Shown here piece after piece: positions 23,167 to 35,910 of a DNA stretch of 64,000 bases. The DNA lies in contig NW_003526946.1 of assembly GCF_000181795.1 (NCBI RefSeq), positions 69,677 through 133,676 of the forward strand, in the 5' to 3' direction. A program made the position numbers and the translations under genes. The stretch's first letter is position 1. Each line of letters starts with the position of its first letter. The stretch is from Trichinella spiralis. Taxonomy: Eukaryota. The notes under the pieces are model-generated. The model saw only the letters and a program-made list of their open reading frames with translations. It was not told the DNA's origin and searched no databases.

Positions 23167-24128
23167 TTACTGCTTGCTTGCTCAAGCAACGTTGATAAAG
23201 CTACAACGTTGATCGTGCTGACTGGCCTGCTTGCCCGGACGCCTGGCTGCCTGCTTGCTTTGCTTTTGCTTTGCGTACGCTGCTTTCATATTCCTATTCT
23301 CAACTGCTGTTATAGAACGTTTAAACGTTTTCTTCATATAAAACTTCTTTTCTTTCTTATTCTTCATCACACAAATACACTATACACACATACATACACA
23401 CATATATTATACACACATGCATACGTACACTTATATACATAAATGTATCTTTTTTCACTTCCAACAATTTTCACTCTGAAAATTCATCTACTCTTCGCCA
23501 TTGAAATCAAAATGAAATAATAATAAAATAAAAATACTTTTCAACTTGACGGTAAGATTTTCCATTCGATCGATCGATTGTTGTTCTATATATACATATT
23601 TTTTTGTTTTGTTATTTGTTTTTTTTCACTTTCAACGACCAAACGTATTTGTGCTTTTTAACTTTGAGCATGCTTTTTCTCAGTCGTTTCTTTTTTCAAT
23701 TCACTTGTTCATTTCACCTCTTTCACTCGCATACGATGATGATAAACGATAAAAATAGAAATATTGAGAAAAGAAAAAAAATACACACACACACACACAG
23801 ACGACAGTTAACCATTCCAACAACGAGACACGTCGACACAACGCCACCGTTCTTCTCGTCTGGGGAAACGTTGGCGCTGGCGCGCGCGAACGCACGAACG
23901 CACGCGCCCACGGCGGCCGTCACGGCGCTCGCGCATCGCGCGTCCGTCGCAACTTGCGCGCTAGTTCCGCCCGCGACAGTATCGTACAAAAAGATGTTCA
24001 AGTTCACTTTTGCCACGTTGCATTATTTTTCGAAATTTTAAATTTTAGTTTTTTCTTCTTTTTTTTGGAAAATCTGATTTTTACTTTTAATACTTCTCTT
24101 GTTCAGAAAGACGGTGGTGCGCGAAATA

Positions 24129-24962
24129 ATGGTTCGAGAAGCTGGCAAGCCACGAGGCAAAACCTCTCCATACGGGTTTTTTGTAAAAATGTGCTACGAA
24201 GAGCACAAGAAGAAATATCCATCTGAAAATGTTCAAGTGACTGAAATATCGAAAAAATGCTCCGAAAAATGGAAGGTTGGGAAAATTGAAAAGCATATTT
24301 TTTGGTGTTTTTTTTTCATTGTTCAAATTGTATTCAGACAATGACACAACAAGAGAAACAACGTTTCTACGAATTGGCACAGAAGGATCGAGAACGTTAT
24401 CAAGCTGAAGTGGCCGCATTTGGTGGCGAAGATGCATTGCGCAAACGAAAACGCAACAAAAAAGATCCAAATGCTCCAAAACGAGCTCTGTATGGATTTT
24501 ATTACTTTTTTTTCTAATATAATTTTTTGGCATTTTCAAATCCCTTTTCCCAATCATTTAGTTCTGCGTTTTTCTTCTTCTCACACGCTGAACGACCTGA
24601 GGTACAAAAAAGCCATCCTGATTGGAAAGTTGGCCAGTTGGCACAAGAATTGGGTAGAATGTGGAAAGCATTGAACGATGAGCAGAAACGCAAATATGAG
24701 GAAATGGCCATTAAGGACAAAGCAAGATACGAATTGGTGAATTGCATTTTCTATCAATACACTTTCTGCTTTCTGCTTCTATATACATATATATATATTT
24801 GGGAAACTTTTTCAGGAAATGAAAGATTACAAATCTGGCAAGAAAGCGGTACCTCGTGCAAATGCGGGTCGTGGCGCGGCTTCTTCTTCGGCACCGACGC
24901 CTATGGAAGATGATGACGTCGACGACGACGACGAAGATGACGATGATGAAACTGAAGATTGA
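24129..24962 (+). CDS. hmg-1.2: High-mobility group protein HMGB (two HMG boxes plus acidic tail); 4 coding exons
   Basis: [51 protein letters not shown]...[18 protein letters not shown]...AQELGRMWK...ARYEL|EMKDYK...[17 protein letters not shown]. Box A is near-identical to C. elegans HMG-1.2 as I recall it. Confidence 0.95.
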
Positions 24963-27900
24963 ATCAATTTTTTGTGCAATGTGCATTTCTTTTTTCATAT
25001 TTTATCAGAAAAAAACTGCAACTGGGCTTTTTTTTCAAATGTAAAATATTCTTGTATCAACAAAATTACATATTTACTACAACTATACACGTAACTAACT
25101 TTTCAGTTTTGTATCTTTTTTCTTTTCTTTTCGTTTTTTTAATTTGATTTTGCTAGTTAGGATGAAACGATAACAGTGGTTTTTTGCAATGCTAACTGTA
25201 AGCTGTGTTTTTTTATGCTCATAATAAGTAATTTTAAATTTAATGCTTAATAAATTATTTTTTTTGATTTGAGAGTTGCAAAAAAAAATTGCAGAACAAA
25301 AGTCGACATATTGTACGTGCACAAACAAAACTGTTTGCTATTTGCCATTCGATGACATGCTTTCCCAGAGGCAATTTTGAAATTAACTAATAATCAAAGC
25401 TCGCAAGACAATATAAATAACCAGCTGCTGATGAAAACAATTTTCAAAATTTATTTTAAAATTTTCATTTGAAATTCATTAGTCAATTAACATTTTCTTA
25501 AAAATGCACTTTTTGTGAAGATGGTTGGCATAATCTTTGAAACTTTTCAACTGAAAATCCCTTTTATTATGTTGTTGTTACGTTTGAAATACTAAAAAAA
25601 AATTATGACAAATTTGCAAATTTAAATTGTAGTGCACATGTTTTATAATTAAATTTTCACTCAACTCTTGCATTAGTTGTAATTTCAATTTATTGAAAAT
25701 TTTTATTATCCATAAATGATATTGAGTTGTTTCATTTTTTAGTAATGCATCTTTTACAGAAATTTTTAATAAAGTACCACTTTAATATAATTTTTCAAAT
25801 ATGATTTTCAATCAATTTTTAACGCAACAGTTTTTCATCGATTACTGATTGATTATTTTTGCTAGATTTTGTTTCGATATTGATAATAACATTAGCATTA
25901 TTTTGCATTTGACAAAAAACAGACGACTGAAACTACAAATATTGCATTATGAGCGTGTAGCAGAAATTCAGTTACGATATGTTGAAGATAAATAGTGAAA
26001 TTTTTAATTAAAAACACAAAATTGCAACTTTGAAACTTTGAAAGCGAGTTGTAATAAAATCCAACAAAGCCACCGTCTTTTGACTTTAGAAACAATGTTT
26101 GTAAAATTATTTAAATATTTTGCAATTCTCAGTGGACAATTAAAATAATAATTGAACAAAATGCATTATAATTTGTTAATAAATGATTTTTTCATTTTCA
26201 TTTTCAAGACAACAAAAAATGAAAAAGAAAATTAAAGCACTCTAGATGTGACAGTTGATAATTTGAAGTAGACCGATTATTACCTATCGCAAACAATTTC
26301 AAATTAACAAAAATACTTGCTCAGTATGAGAAGCAAATGAACAAATGCATACCGGTTGATCTTGTTTGATCTATTTCACACACAAACACAAAGCATTATT
26401 TTATTCCAGCATGTTCTGTACAAAAAATTACCATCTAATTTGCATATTTCAGTATTTGCTTTTACAACATTTGATTATTATTTTTTTGGAATAGGGCATT
26501 TTGCAAATTTGAATTTGTTTGTTTGTTTGTTTTTAGAAAACTTAATTCTTTTTTGTCATTTGTACAATTTTGCTTTGTTACATTGAAATTAATTCTTTGT
26601 CAAATGTAATTTTTCATTGATAGAACAGATATGTCAAACGGTTTATTGACCAATTCGTGCTAGTGTAAGAAAAAGTATTTATGAGAAATAAATAAAACAG
26701 GTTAACCTGTTATATGAATGTTGGAAATTTTTACAGATGGCCATTGAATAAGTCGAATTTGCCATATGGTTTGCCTTGCAAATGGCGAATAATTTTGAAG
26801 GTTAATTTTCCCACTTGTCACTTGAACTTGGAAAGAGAACAGCAGAGAAAAAAAAGCAGTACAATTTCTCTTGCAGTGAACTTCAAGCTGAATAATTAAA
26901 TTCTACATTTCTTTCTTTCCACGTCAACGGTACATTCATTTGTTTCAACTTTTTCTATTTCTTACATCCATCATTGAATATGTCACCGATCACTCGATTT
27001 TCTACGGTTGTAATTATTCTTTCATTCTTACTTGTATGAATAATTTCAGTATTGTTGACTCATTCGAACAATAAAAGAAAATAAATAATCAAATGTTAAT
27101 GGAAAAAAAGAAACTGATAAAAAAAATAATGTATAAATGTTTAAAATATTGTACAACACTTTTAAAATGAAAATTACGCTTTTAAGAACCAAATATTGTG
27201 ACATTTTTTTCTGAAATAAGAATATTTTGAGTGTTTTCAAACGCTTTGCCAGTGATTTATTTATAGTAATACTTTCAATTAAACTAACAGATAAAGTATT
27301 CAGGTAGGTATAATTTTAAAAAAGTTAAAAAATTAAATTTCATAAATTTTATCATATTATCTATGAAAAGACGAACTTCAACTACCATGGATTTGTCAAA
27401 AGAAGTCATTAATTAAATCATAAAATAATATACAAACTTGATTTTCACATTTTTTTAGTACTTTTTAATGCTTAATAGATATATTCTTAATTTTCAGTAA
27501 AAAACAATTATAATTTTAAGAATTTAATTTTATTTTTCATATTTTGATTCAATATTAAAAATTTATTGAGTATTTATGTTACCATGTTGGCAAATTAAAT
27601 TTTCCATTACCTGACTGCAAATAGTTTTCTGGAAAGTCCGTTTCATGATAAACCTATGCCATTTACGTAGGTTGAATAATGATATCAAATATTTGTATAT
27701 TAAAATTAAAAAAATTTTTATTCAATCAATTTCCAAATGTTTTCATCATTTCAGTTTTAAAACTACTGTACTTGAACATTTTAATGATACTGTAGGGAAA
27801 TATTCATTTCAATTGCCATCACGGGAAGTGTACGCTTTATGATGGTTTCTTTTTATAAAATCTTAATTAGAGAATTTTATTTTTAATTTTAAAAGTTTTT

Positions 27901-27994
27901 AAACAAATTTCAACGCGTATTTGCGTTTTTCGATTTGTGGCAGATCTTTTTCAGTGATTATTAGTCACAAATGATTATTTTAGGTTCCTTTTCA

Positions 27995-30900
27995 ATGGAC
28001 TCTTGGAATCTTTTTGGCGTCGTGTTCATTGTGTTTGTCATTTCGTCCAATTGTGAACGTAAAAAATAGTTGTTTTTTATTTTCGTATATTAAATTTTTT
28101 GTTAACTTTTTATTTCTTATTGTTACTTGTTTTATGTTCTGTTTGGAAGACCTTGAAACTGCTCTGAAGTTTTTATTGTGTCATCATTTTACGTTAACGT
28201 TACTTTTTGTTTCAGATGATTTCAGCAACAGTGAAAGATATGAGAAGTTGCACGTGTTGAATAAACGTGATTCTTCGCAAATGAAAGTGAAGAGGGATAT
28301 TGATGATGAATTTGAAGATGGAATACCTTTATTAAATGAAACCGAACTCTGGGTTAATTCAACGCATAAGACCGTAAGTTTTATGCTTATTTTTTTAAAA
28401 TAATTTATATTTTAAAATGCTTTTGCACTTTGAAATAAATTCTGAAAATTATTTTATTTAAATATTAATCAATTTTCTGTTAAACAGTTAAAGATGTGAA
28501 GGATCAATAGAGCAGCAAAATTAATTGATGAACTTCATTTGATTATACACTTGAAGATATATAACGATCTTAGGAATGAGATGTTTAAATTTTCTTTTAA
28601 CCATTATTTTAACTAATAGAATAGTTTAATTTAATGTTTTTTTATGTAAATGCAATTTTGCATAACGTATCGTTTTGTAAAGTTATTGTTTATCACATGA
28701 AATTATATTGCTTTGTTTTGTTCGTTGCAAGAAGCTTCCTCATTTCAAAGCGCCAGTCGTATTGCATTAAGAAATGTGAAAGTTGAGAAGAAAAAACGAG
28801 GCTAACCACATGCAATCTGATTTTATTTTTGGCATCGCCATTTTCTTTGTCAGTTGCTCTCTAGGCTTTATTGATGTTATAATGCATTTCGGCCTCACCT
28901 ATAGTGAATGACGTTATGAATTATCTGTTTTGCTCTTCAGCAATGTTTGATTTTGTTATTTTCCTTTTTTATGTTGATATTTTACTGGAACACTTTTAAA
29001 CAGATTGAACTTATTGAATATTTGAAATTTAATAATTTACTTTGAAATTATGATGGCAGTTATTTGTCACTATTCAAATGATTATAATCAATAACAGAAT
29101 AAAATTATAATTATGTAATTGAAAATTATTTATAGTGTTTTTCTTTATTATTGAAAAAAATAAGGTTATTAATTAATAGCTAAAATTATGATTTGAATAT
29201 GGTTTCAAATTGAATATGTAGAATTTCAAAAAGAAAGTTTATATTACTTGATTATACGAATGTTTTGATACTTATGAGAAAGTTTTATTCTTATCAGGTC
29301 GATCACATGTATTACACCATGCACATTTACAAGCCAGACGCTAATCGACTGAAAGACTTTTGGATTTCTATACCAGATTTGATTAAGAAAAATTCTTCTG
29401 TTCGCGGCAAAGTGCGACATGCGCAACTTTCCAATTCTTATCGCAAAGCTGTGGTAATTTTCTTTTTGTAATTTGAAATAATAATTATGTCTTTTGATTA
29501 TTATTATTATTATTATTGTTATTTAATTTTTCTCAACCTTTAGAGCCAGCCTTTGAGTTTCAAATTTCCGTTTTATGGTCACATAGCGCAGAACATTACC
29601 ATCGCAACCGGAGGTATATTGAATAAATTTCAATTTATGCTCGTTGTTTCTTTTTCATTTTTTGCAAGTGATGATTTTATTAGGATTCGTTTATGTTGGC
29701 GAATATATACATCACTGGCTTGCAGCTACCCAATACATTGCACCGTTGATGGCCAATTTCGACACTACTGTTAACGAAGAATCTAGCATTCTTTACGTTG
29801 ATACAGGTTATTTTATTCGATGATGCTATTAAACAGCATTTATTATACAACAGAAAAAATGGCTGTGTAAATGATTTTGCTCTTTTTCTAGGCAATACTT
29901 TTATTATTGAATGGAGTAATGTTCAGTTACGTAAGCAAGAGAAAGGTGAGCAAAAATGAAAGTATTCAAAAATTTTGAGTGTAATACAAAATTTTCTTTC
30001 TTTTAAAAGCTGGAAATTTCACTTTTCAACTTTCCTTGCACAACAATGGTGATATATGGTTTGTGTACAAACAGGTAATGTTGAAATTTATTCACATGAT
30101 AATTTTCAAAACTTGTCGCAATATATATATATATTCACTGATGGATGTTTTCCAGATTCCAGTTGCTGTCACAGACGTGAACGACTTGCATCACCCGCGC
30201 AAAGTTGGCCTTTCCGATGCTTACCTTTACACACAGACTACTCTTGGTATTAGTTTTTTTTTGTTCTCATTATTGTATTATATTATTTTGCATTTCATTT
30301 ATTGATGACATTTTTAGCATTGAATCGTCGTATGATATACGAATATCATCGAATTGAAGTTCCATTGGAAGCAGTACAGACCGGCGCTGTGGTTGAAATC
30401 AAAGCAAATCCAGGTTAACAAATGGAATTTATTAGATTTCTAATTTGAATTGATCGCCGTGTTGTTGTTGTTGTTGTTGATGGCGATACTGCTGACTTCA
30501 GCGAAATCTCTTAATGATGAATCTAATTAATTATTGAACATTTCAGTTTGCATGATGTTTGATACTTGTGAAGCGTGTATGAATGCCACGTTGAAAGCGT
30601 TCAACTGTAGCTGGTGTCCGATTCCTTCGTCCGAGGGTAGTTCGTTTTGTTCTGATGAAGCGGGTCTTCACCGTCGAAGGCAAGACTGGCGTAAATACAA
30701 GTGCGATCTGCCCAACCCTAACTTCTATTGTTCATCCTTGAACGAAACATCCGTCGACAACAACCGTACTGTTTTACCATTCGAGGATAACGTTGTCATT
30801 GCCTCTACTCAATCTTTGTCGACCAGCTTGCCAACGACTGCAGTGGAATCACAGTCACTACTTTTGACCACTGGTAGTTCAACAGCGAACGCGTTCACTA

Positions 30901-31286
30901 CCAACATGGCGCAAGGCCAGGAAAAGATCATCTCTGGAACTGATCCTGGTATTTTTCATTTTAATAATATTAATGCTTTTGGAAATTTCAAACCAGTCAA
31001 ATTTGTCATCTTTAGCCAAAGCAAGCGGTCTTTCTTCTGGCGGTGTTGTTTCCTTGCTATTCATCATTTCTTCGATCATTGGTCTGGTCGGCTGGGTCAT
31101 TTATGCTTATTACAATCCTCACACACGTTCAGGACAGTTTCTCATTCGAGTACAATGATATTTTTTGTATTTCAATCACAGTTTATTATTTATTTATTTA
31201 TTTATTTATTGTAGTATCGTCCATCGAAATGGCGTTTGAATGGCAATCGAAGCGGCATTCGTTATACAGCTTCTGTTCACATGTGA
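27995..31286 (+). CDS. PLXDC2: Plexin domain-containing protein (PLXDC1/2, TEM7 family; C. elegans pxd-1-like), type I membrane protein; multi-exon
   Basis: Signal peptide MDSWNLFGVVFIVFVISSNCE; LSNSYRKA; LSFKFPFYGH...ITIATGGFVY; WLAATQYIAPLMANFDT; FTFQLSLHNNGDIWFVYK; KVGLSDAY; IYEYHRI; PSI domain CMMFDTCEACMNATLKAFNCSWC...FCSD...RRRQDW; Ser/Thr stalk; TM; tail YNPHTRSGQFLIR|YRPSKW...YTASVHM*. Co-ortholog of PLXDC1 and PLXDC2. Confidence 0.92.
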
Positions 31287-33447
31287 TCTCTTTATCTTTT
31301 TTCTCTTTTATCATTTTCCTTCTTACTATCTTACCTTCATAATTTTTATCTTTTACCATCTTCATCACTGTATGCTATTCTGATGATTTTTTTTCCTTTT
31401 GTATATATAATTCAAAATGCAGCTTTATCTTTATTTTATTTAAACGGACAGCAAGTTAATTTAGTCATGTCGTGAGTTTGTGTGAGTTCTGTCAAAACGG
31501 GAATGGATATAAAGCAGCTATATATATACGTATTTTTTTAAAGTTTTATTTCCACATTGCAGAAACACACTCACTGCTCTTGCTTTATTTCAAATTTATC
31601 AAAATGTTCATTTTCAAACCAGCAACTTCGCATAACTTTGATTTTCAACACATTTCTTCCCAGTTAAGTTTCATTTTATTGTTTCTGATTGATCTTCATA
31701 ATTATTTTTAGATTTTTAGATTTTTTAATAGTAAATTTCATTTTTCAAATTTCTCTTTTCCATTGATCACATCCTTTATGTGAAAAATAGATTCAACGTG
31801 GATTGTTTTGTTTTCATTTAAGCTGACTATTTTATTATTAATTGAATGAATAATGTGAAACAGAATCCGAGCAAAATTGATATTTTATTTTTGTGGTCAG
31901 TTTTGTAAATTTCAAAAGATGTACCTCGAAGTTTTTCCCCTTTTTAAATTATGATTAAAATTTACATGGAATGGGTGAATTTGGATTTTATTTTGTACAC
32001 TAAAGTCCAATAAATTGAAAACGAATAATTTTTTTACAATTACATTTCAAAATGTTTTTACCAATGTGTTTGTTGTGGTTGTAGTGATGGTGGTGGTGGG
32101 GAATTGGAGAAATTTCAATATTCAGGATGTGAAGTTCATTACTTTAGCACGCTTTTTGAAATTGTTTAATTTCAATCAGCTTACCAGCGCAAGTGCAAAA
32201 TGGAAAATGTTGCCCTTTTATTAATTTATTATTTCAAATTTGTGCTTTGCTTGTTCGAGAAAAAATTCTAATAAACTTTAGTTCAACAAGTTGCATAATA
32301 AAAAAAAATTTAATATTGCTTATACACTGTAGGTTGGAGAGTGTATGAATGAATGGAGGAGAGAAAGATTTCGAGTTGAAAGTGAATTGAATTTCATCCT
32401 CAACATAAATGACAATGTTTGTGATTTTGTCGTTCGTTCATTTAATTTTAAGTGGAATATTTTGTGCAAATTACATTTTCCGAACAAAACAAAAGAAGCC
32501 TTCTTTCAATCAGTTGGGCACATTATCGTTGTAGTCGTTTTCGACAAAAGAGAAAAGAAAAGAATCATCCATTCATTGATTCTATTGGTCAATTTAAACA
32601 AACTTGATTATATACAGTACGCAGACAGCAAATTAAATTAATCTCAAACGACACGTGTAATATTTATTGTACACAGGTTGAAAAAACCAAATGTTTTCAA
32701 TTTCTTTTTTAGCTTGTTCATGATGAATGAAATTTTCGTATATTATTTAAAAAAAGTTTTTTTTTTGATTTTCTTTTTATTTTATTGATGACTGAAAAAA
32801 GAAGGATAGATAATTTAAAAATAGAATGAAATAAGATAAAGAAAAAGCAAGTTATCTTATGAAAAAGAATAGAATTGATGTGAAAAAAATGAAAGAGAGC
32901 GTGTGTGCAAGTGGTGAAAATGTTGGTGGATAAAAACCAAAAGGGAGATAATTAAAAATTTTCTCGTCGATGGGAAAAAATCGATCTTGATGGCAGGTTG
33001 ATTTTGAAATACATTTTACCAAGTTGAGCAGTTTTTGTTTACAATAAAGAATAGATGGAGAAGGATGATGGATCGATTGGGAACCAATCGAAAAAGTCCA
33101 CGGAAGGTTTTTATTTTTATAGCAGACAGTCGATAAACTAATGGAATCGTCGGGCGTTGTTGTTGGTGGCGTCAGTGGACACACGGCTTTCCACGTCGGC
33201 AATGCTTAAGAGGCGGATTTTCACTGGTGCTCAAATTCTTCACCGTCTTTATTCATTTTTCACCATTACAACTTTCCACCGGACTCTTCAGTATGGCTCT
33301 TGAAATGGATTGAATTTCCCTCTTTTCATATTGCTATTATTATTATTAGCATCATCATCACCAAGCAGTTGCTTTATGTTGTATTTTCTCATCAATCACA
33401 ATTATTACAATTTTTATCCAAATATCTTTATTCTGGCTTTATGATCC

Positions 33448-34226
33448 ATGTTTGGAGTGAATCTGATGAAATCGAGAATGTCAAAAAAAGGGAAAAAGAA
33501 AGCGATAATAAAAAAGGAAAAATCTCTAACAGACGTTACATCAGTCACATCGAATGTTACAGCCGCCGCGGTCGTCGCTGTCCAACAGAATGAAAAATCC
33601 ACAAATTTGAAAACCGAACAAACCGACAAAGCACACCAAATTGACGATGTGAATAAGCAAAAAACAATTCCACAACGACATCGGTAAGCTTTAGCCATCT
33701 TCTTTGTATAAAATCTATTCATATTCAGAAGCACAGAAAAAATTAATAAATCAAGCATATTTATTAAGGAAAGAAACCACTATCCGTTTATTGTATTATT
33801 ATCATTATTATAAATATGAAGTCCATTTCGGAATGATCGTTTTGGCAACGCTCATAAATAAATCATCTTTGAATGATTAATGTTAGAGAATTACTTTGTA
33901 AAATATTGCAACAATATCATTCAATCCCACAGTCTCAACAATTGATAATCAAAAAATTTTTTGTCATTTGTCAATCAATGATTATATTTATTATTTATTC
34001 GATTAGAAAATATGTGCATATTACAAAAATGCATGTCAATGAGATGAATTGATAATTTTTGATAATTATGCATTCATGCATTAGCATTAAAAAGTATATC
34101 ATTTCAAATAATGCAACATTCGAAAATACAATTATTAATTTGTTCAAATTTAATATACACAATGTATATGTGCGTGTGTACAATAATTTTCATGTTAGGA
34201 AACTTATTGAATACAACAAGTTCTGA
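33448..34226 (+). CDS. Possible small two-exon orphan protein with a Lys-rich N-terminus
   Basis: ORF 33448-33683 of protein-like composition ends at a CG|GTAAGC donor. The acceptor TGTTAG at 34198 gives an in-frame KLIEYNKF* ending. No recognisable domain. Confidence 0.25.
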
Positions 34227-35910
34227 TTCAGACAAATTTATCATCAGCAAAAGTGAAAAATTATCCCCAATAATCTGTCCTTTTCCATTAATATAAAATT
34301 AAACTATATATCATTAAAAATATTTTTCATATAGATGAATGAATGTACTCTTTCAAAGAATTTTTCTCTATTCAAAAAGATTAATGGAATAGATTTTGCA
34401 TCGTCACTTTTCGAGGCAAAAAATAAAACATAATGTATCATCAGCATTGATTGATTTAGAAAAGTATTCAAAAAGAATTCTTAAAAATCATGAGTTTATT
34501 TAAATTTTTTTGATTTCAAAATAATAACATGTAAGACAAGTGCCTTTTTTCAAAGAAAATCTGATTTACATTCATAAAAGATGTGGAGGTAGAAATGAGA
34601 AATGATTGTGTTCTTAAATCGGAGTTGTTTAAAATAAAATTGAAATTAATTAAATAAAATATTGATTTTATTGACCATAAAGCATTTTACTAATAAATCT
34701 TTTTGATATTGAAAAAAAATTCAAAAATATACAAACTGAATAATGTACATAAATAAATATGAATAATTTCAAAACGAACAATGGAAATATTAAAGTTGAA
34801 AATGATGCCACAAATTTTAGATCAGTCGATTAAAAGAAGTCCAATTTCAAAAGAGACAGAAATAAAATATGGGAAAATGTTCAAAATAAAAACGACGACG
34901 CCAATTTGTTCAATTTTACAAAGTCAGTATTGTATTGTTGTTGTTGTTGTTGTTGTTTCTTCTTTTATTATAAAAATCATACTGTACGTTGTTGTCAAAT
35001 GCAAATTTATACTTCTTCAATAAATAAACTTTGTGCGTAAAAAATGTGAATTCATTTTTCACATTTAAGACATCTTACTCGTATATACATATTTTTTTAT
35101 TTCTGCGCTGTACTTTTATGCAAGGAAAGATTTGCATAAAAATTCATTCATTTAACAAGTGCAAAAATTGCATCTCAATAGCGATAAGTAGAAAATGCAG
35201 AAAATTAAAAGTCAAATGAAGAGTGAGTAATAAAATTTAACGAAAAAGATTTCCATTTAATGAGCCAAAAAATTGAACGAACGATCAATCTCGCTTTTGC
35301 TAAAGCATATCAATTGCTAATTGAAATAAAAAAAACTATCACACCACTTTTGCAACTGTTCATCCAAGTAAACCAATCGGAATATTCATTTTTTAAAATT
35401 TTACTTTGCTGCAAAAAAAGCATGAACACAACCGTATATGCTGATATTTTTCATTTAATAATACTAACAAAACGTAACAAGCAAGCTGATAAAATCTATC
35501 TATCAGAAAAGCGTATGTAACAAAATCTATACAAGTTTAAAAAAATAAGCATAAGAATACAAGAAGAAAAGAAAAAAACTCGTTCAAATAAGTCACAATA
35601 ATTTTTGTAAATTATATTTTAACCTGAACATCATTATTATTATTATTTAATCATAATGGGCTGTTGAAACGGATGAAGCAGATTTTAAAAAAATAAAAAT
35701 AAAAACGACTAGCAGCAGCAACTGTTTTGTGCTTTCTGTGAATTTTTCCAATTTTTCAACAATAAAACAATATTTCTCTTCTTATTATATATATCAGTGG
35801 AGAAGAAAAATATTCAATAGAAAAATAAGCGGTAAAAATGCACAGTAAGGTGATGGTGGTGGCGGTGGTGTTGAGCAATGAACATAACTAATTGACTAAT
35901 TTTGGAAAAG

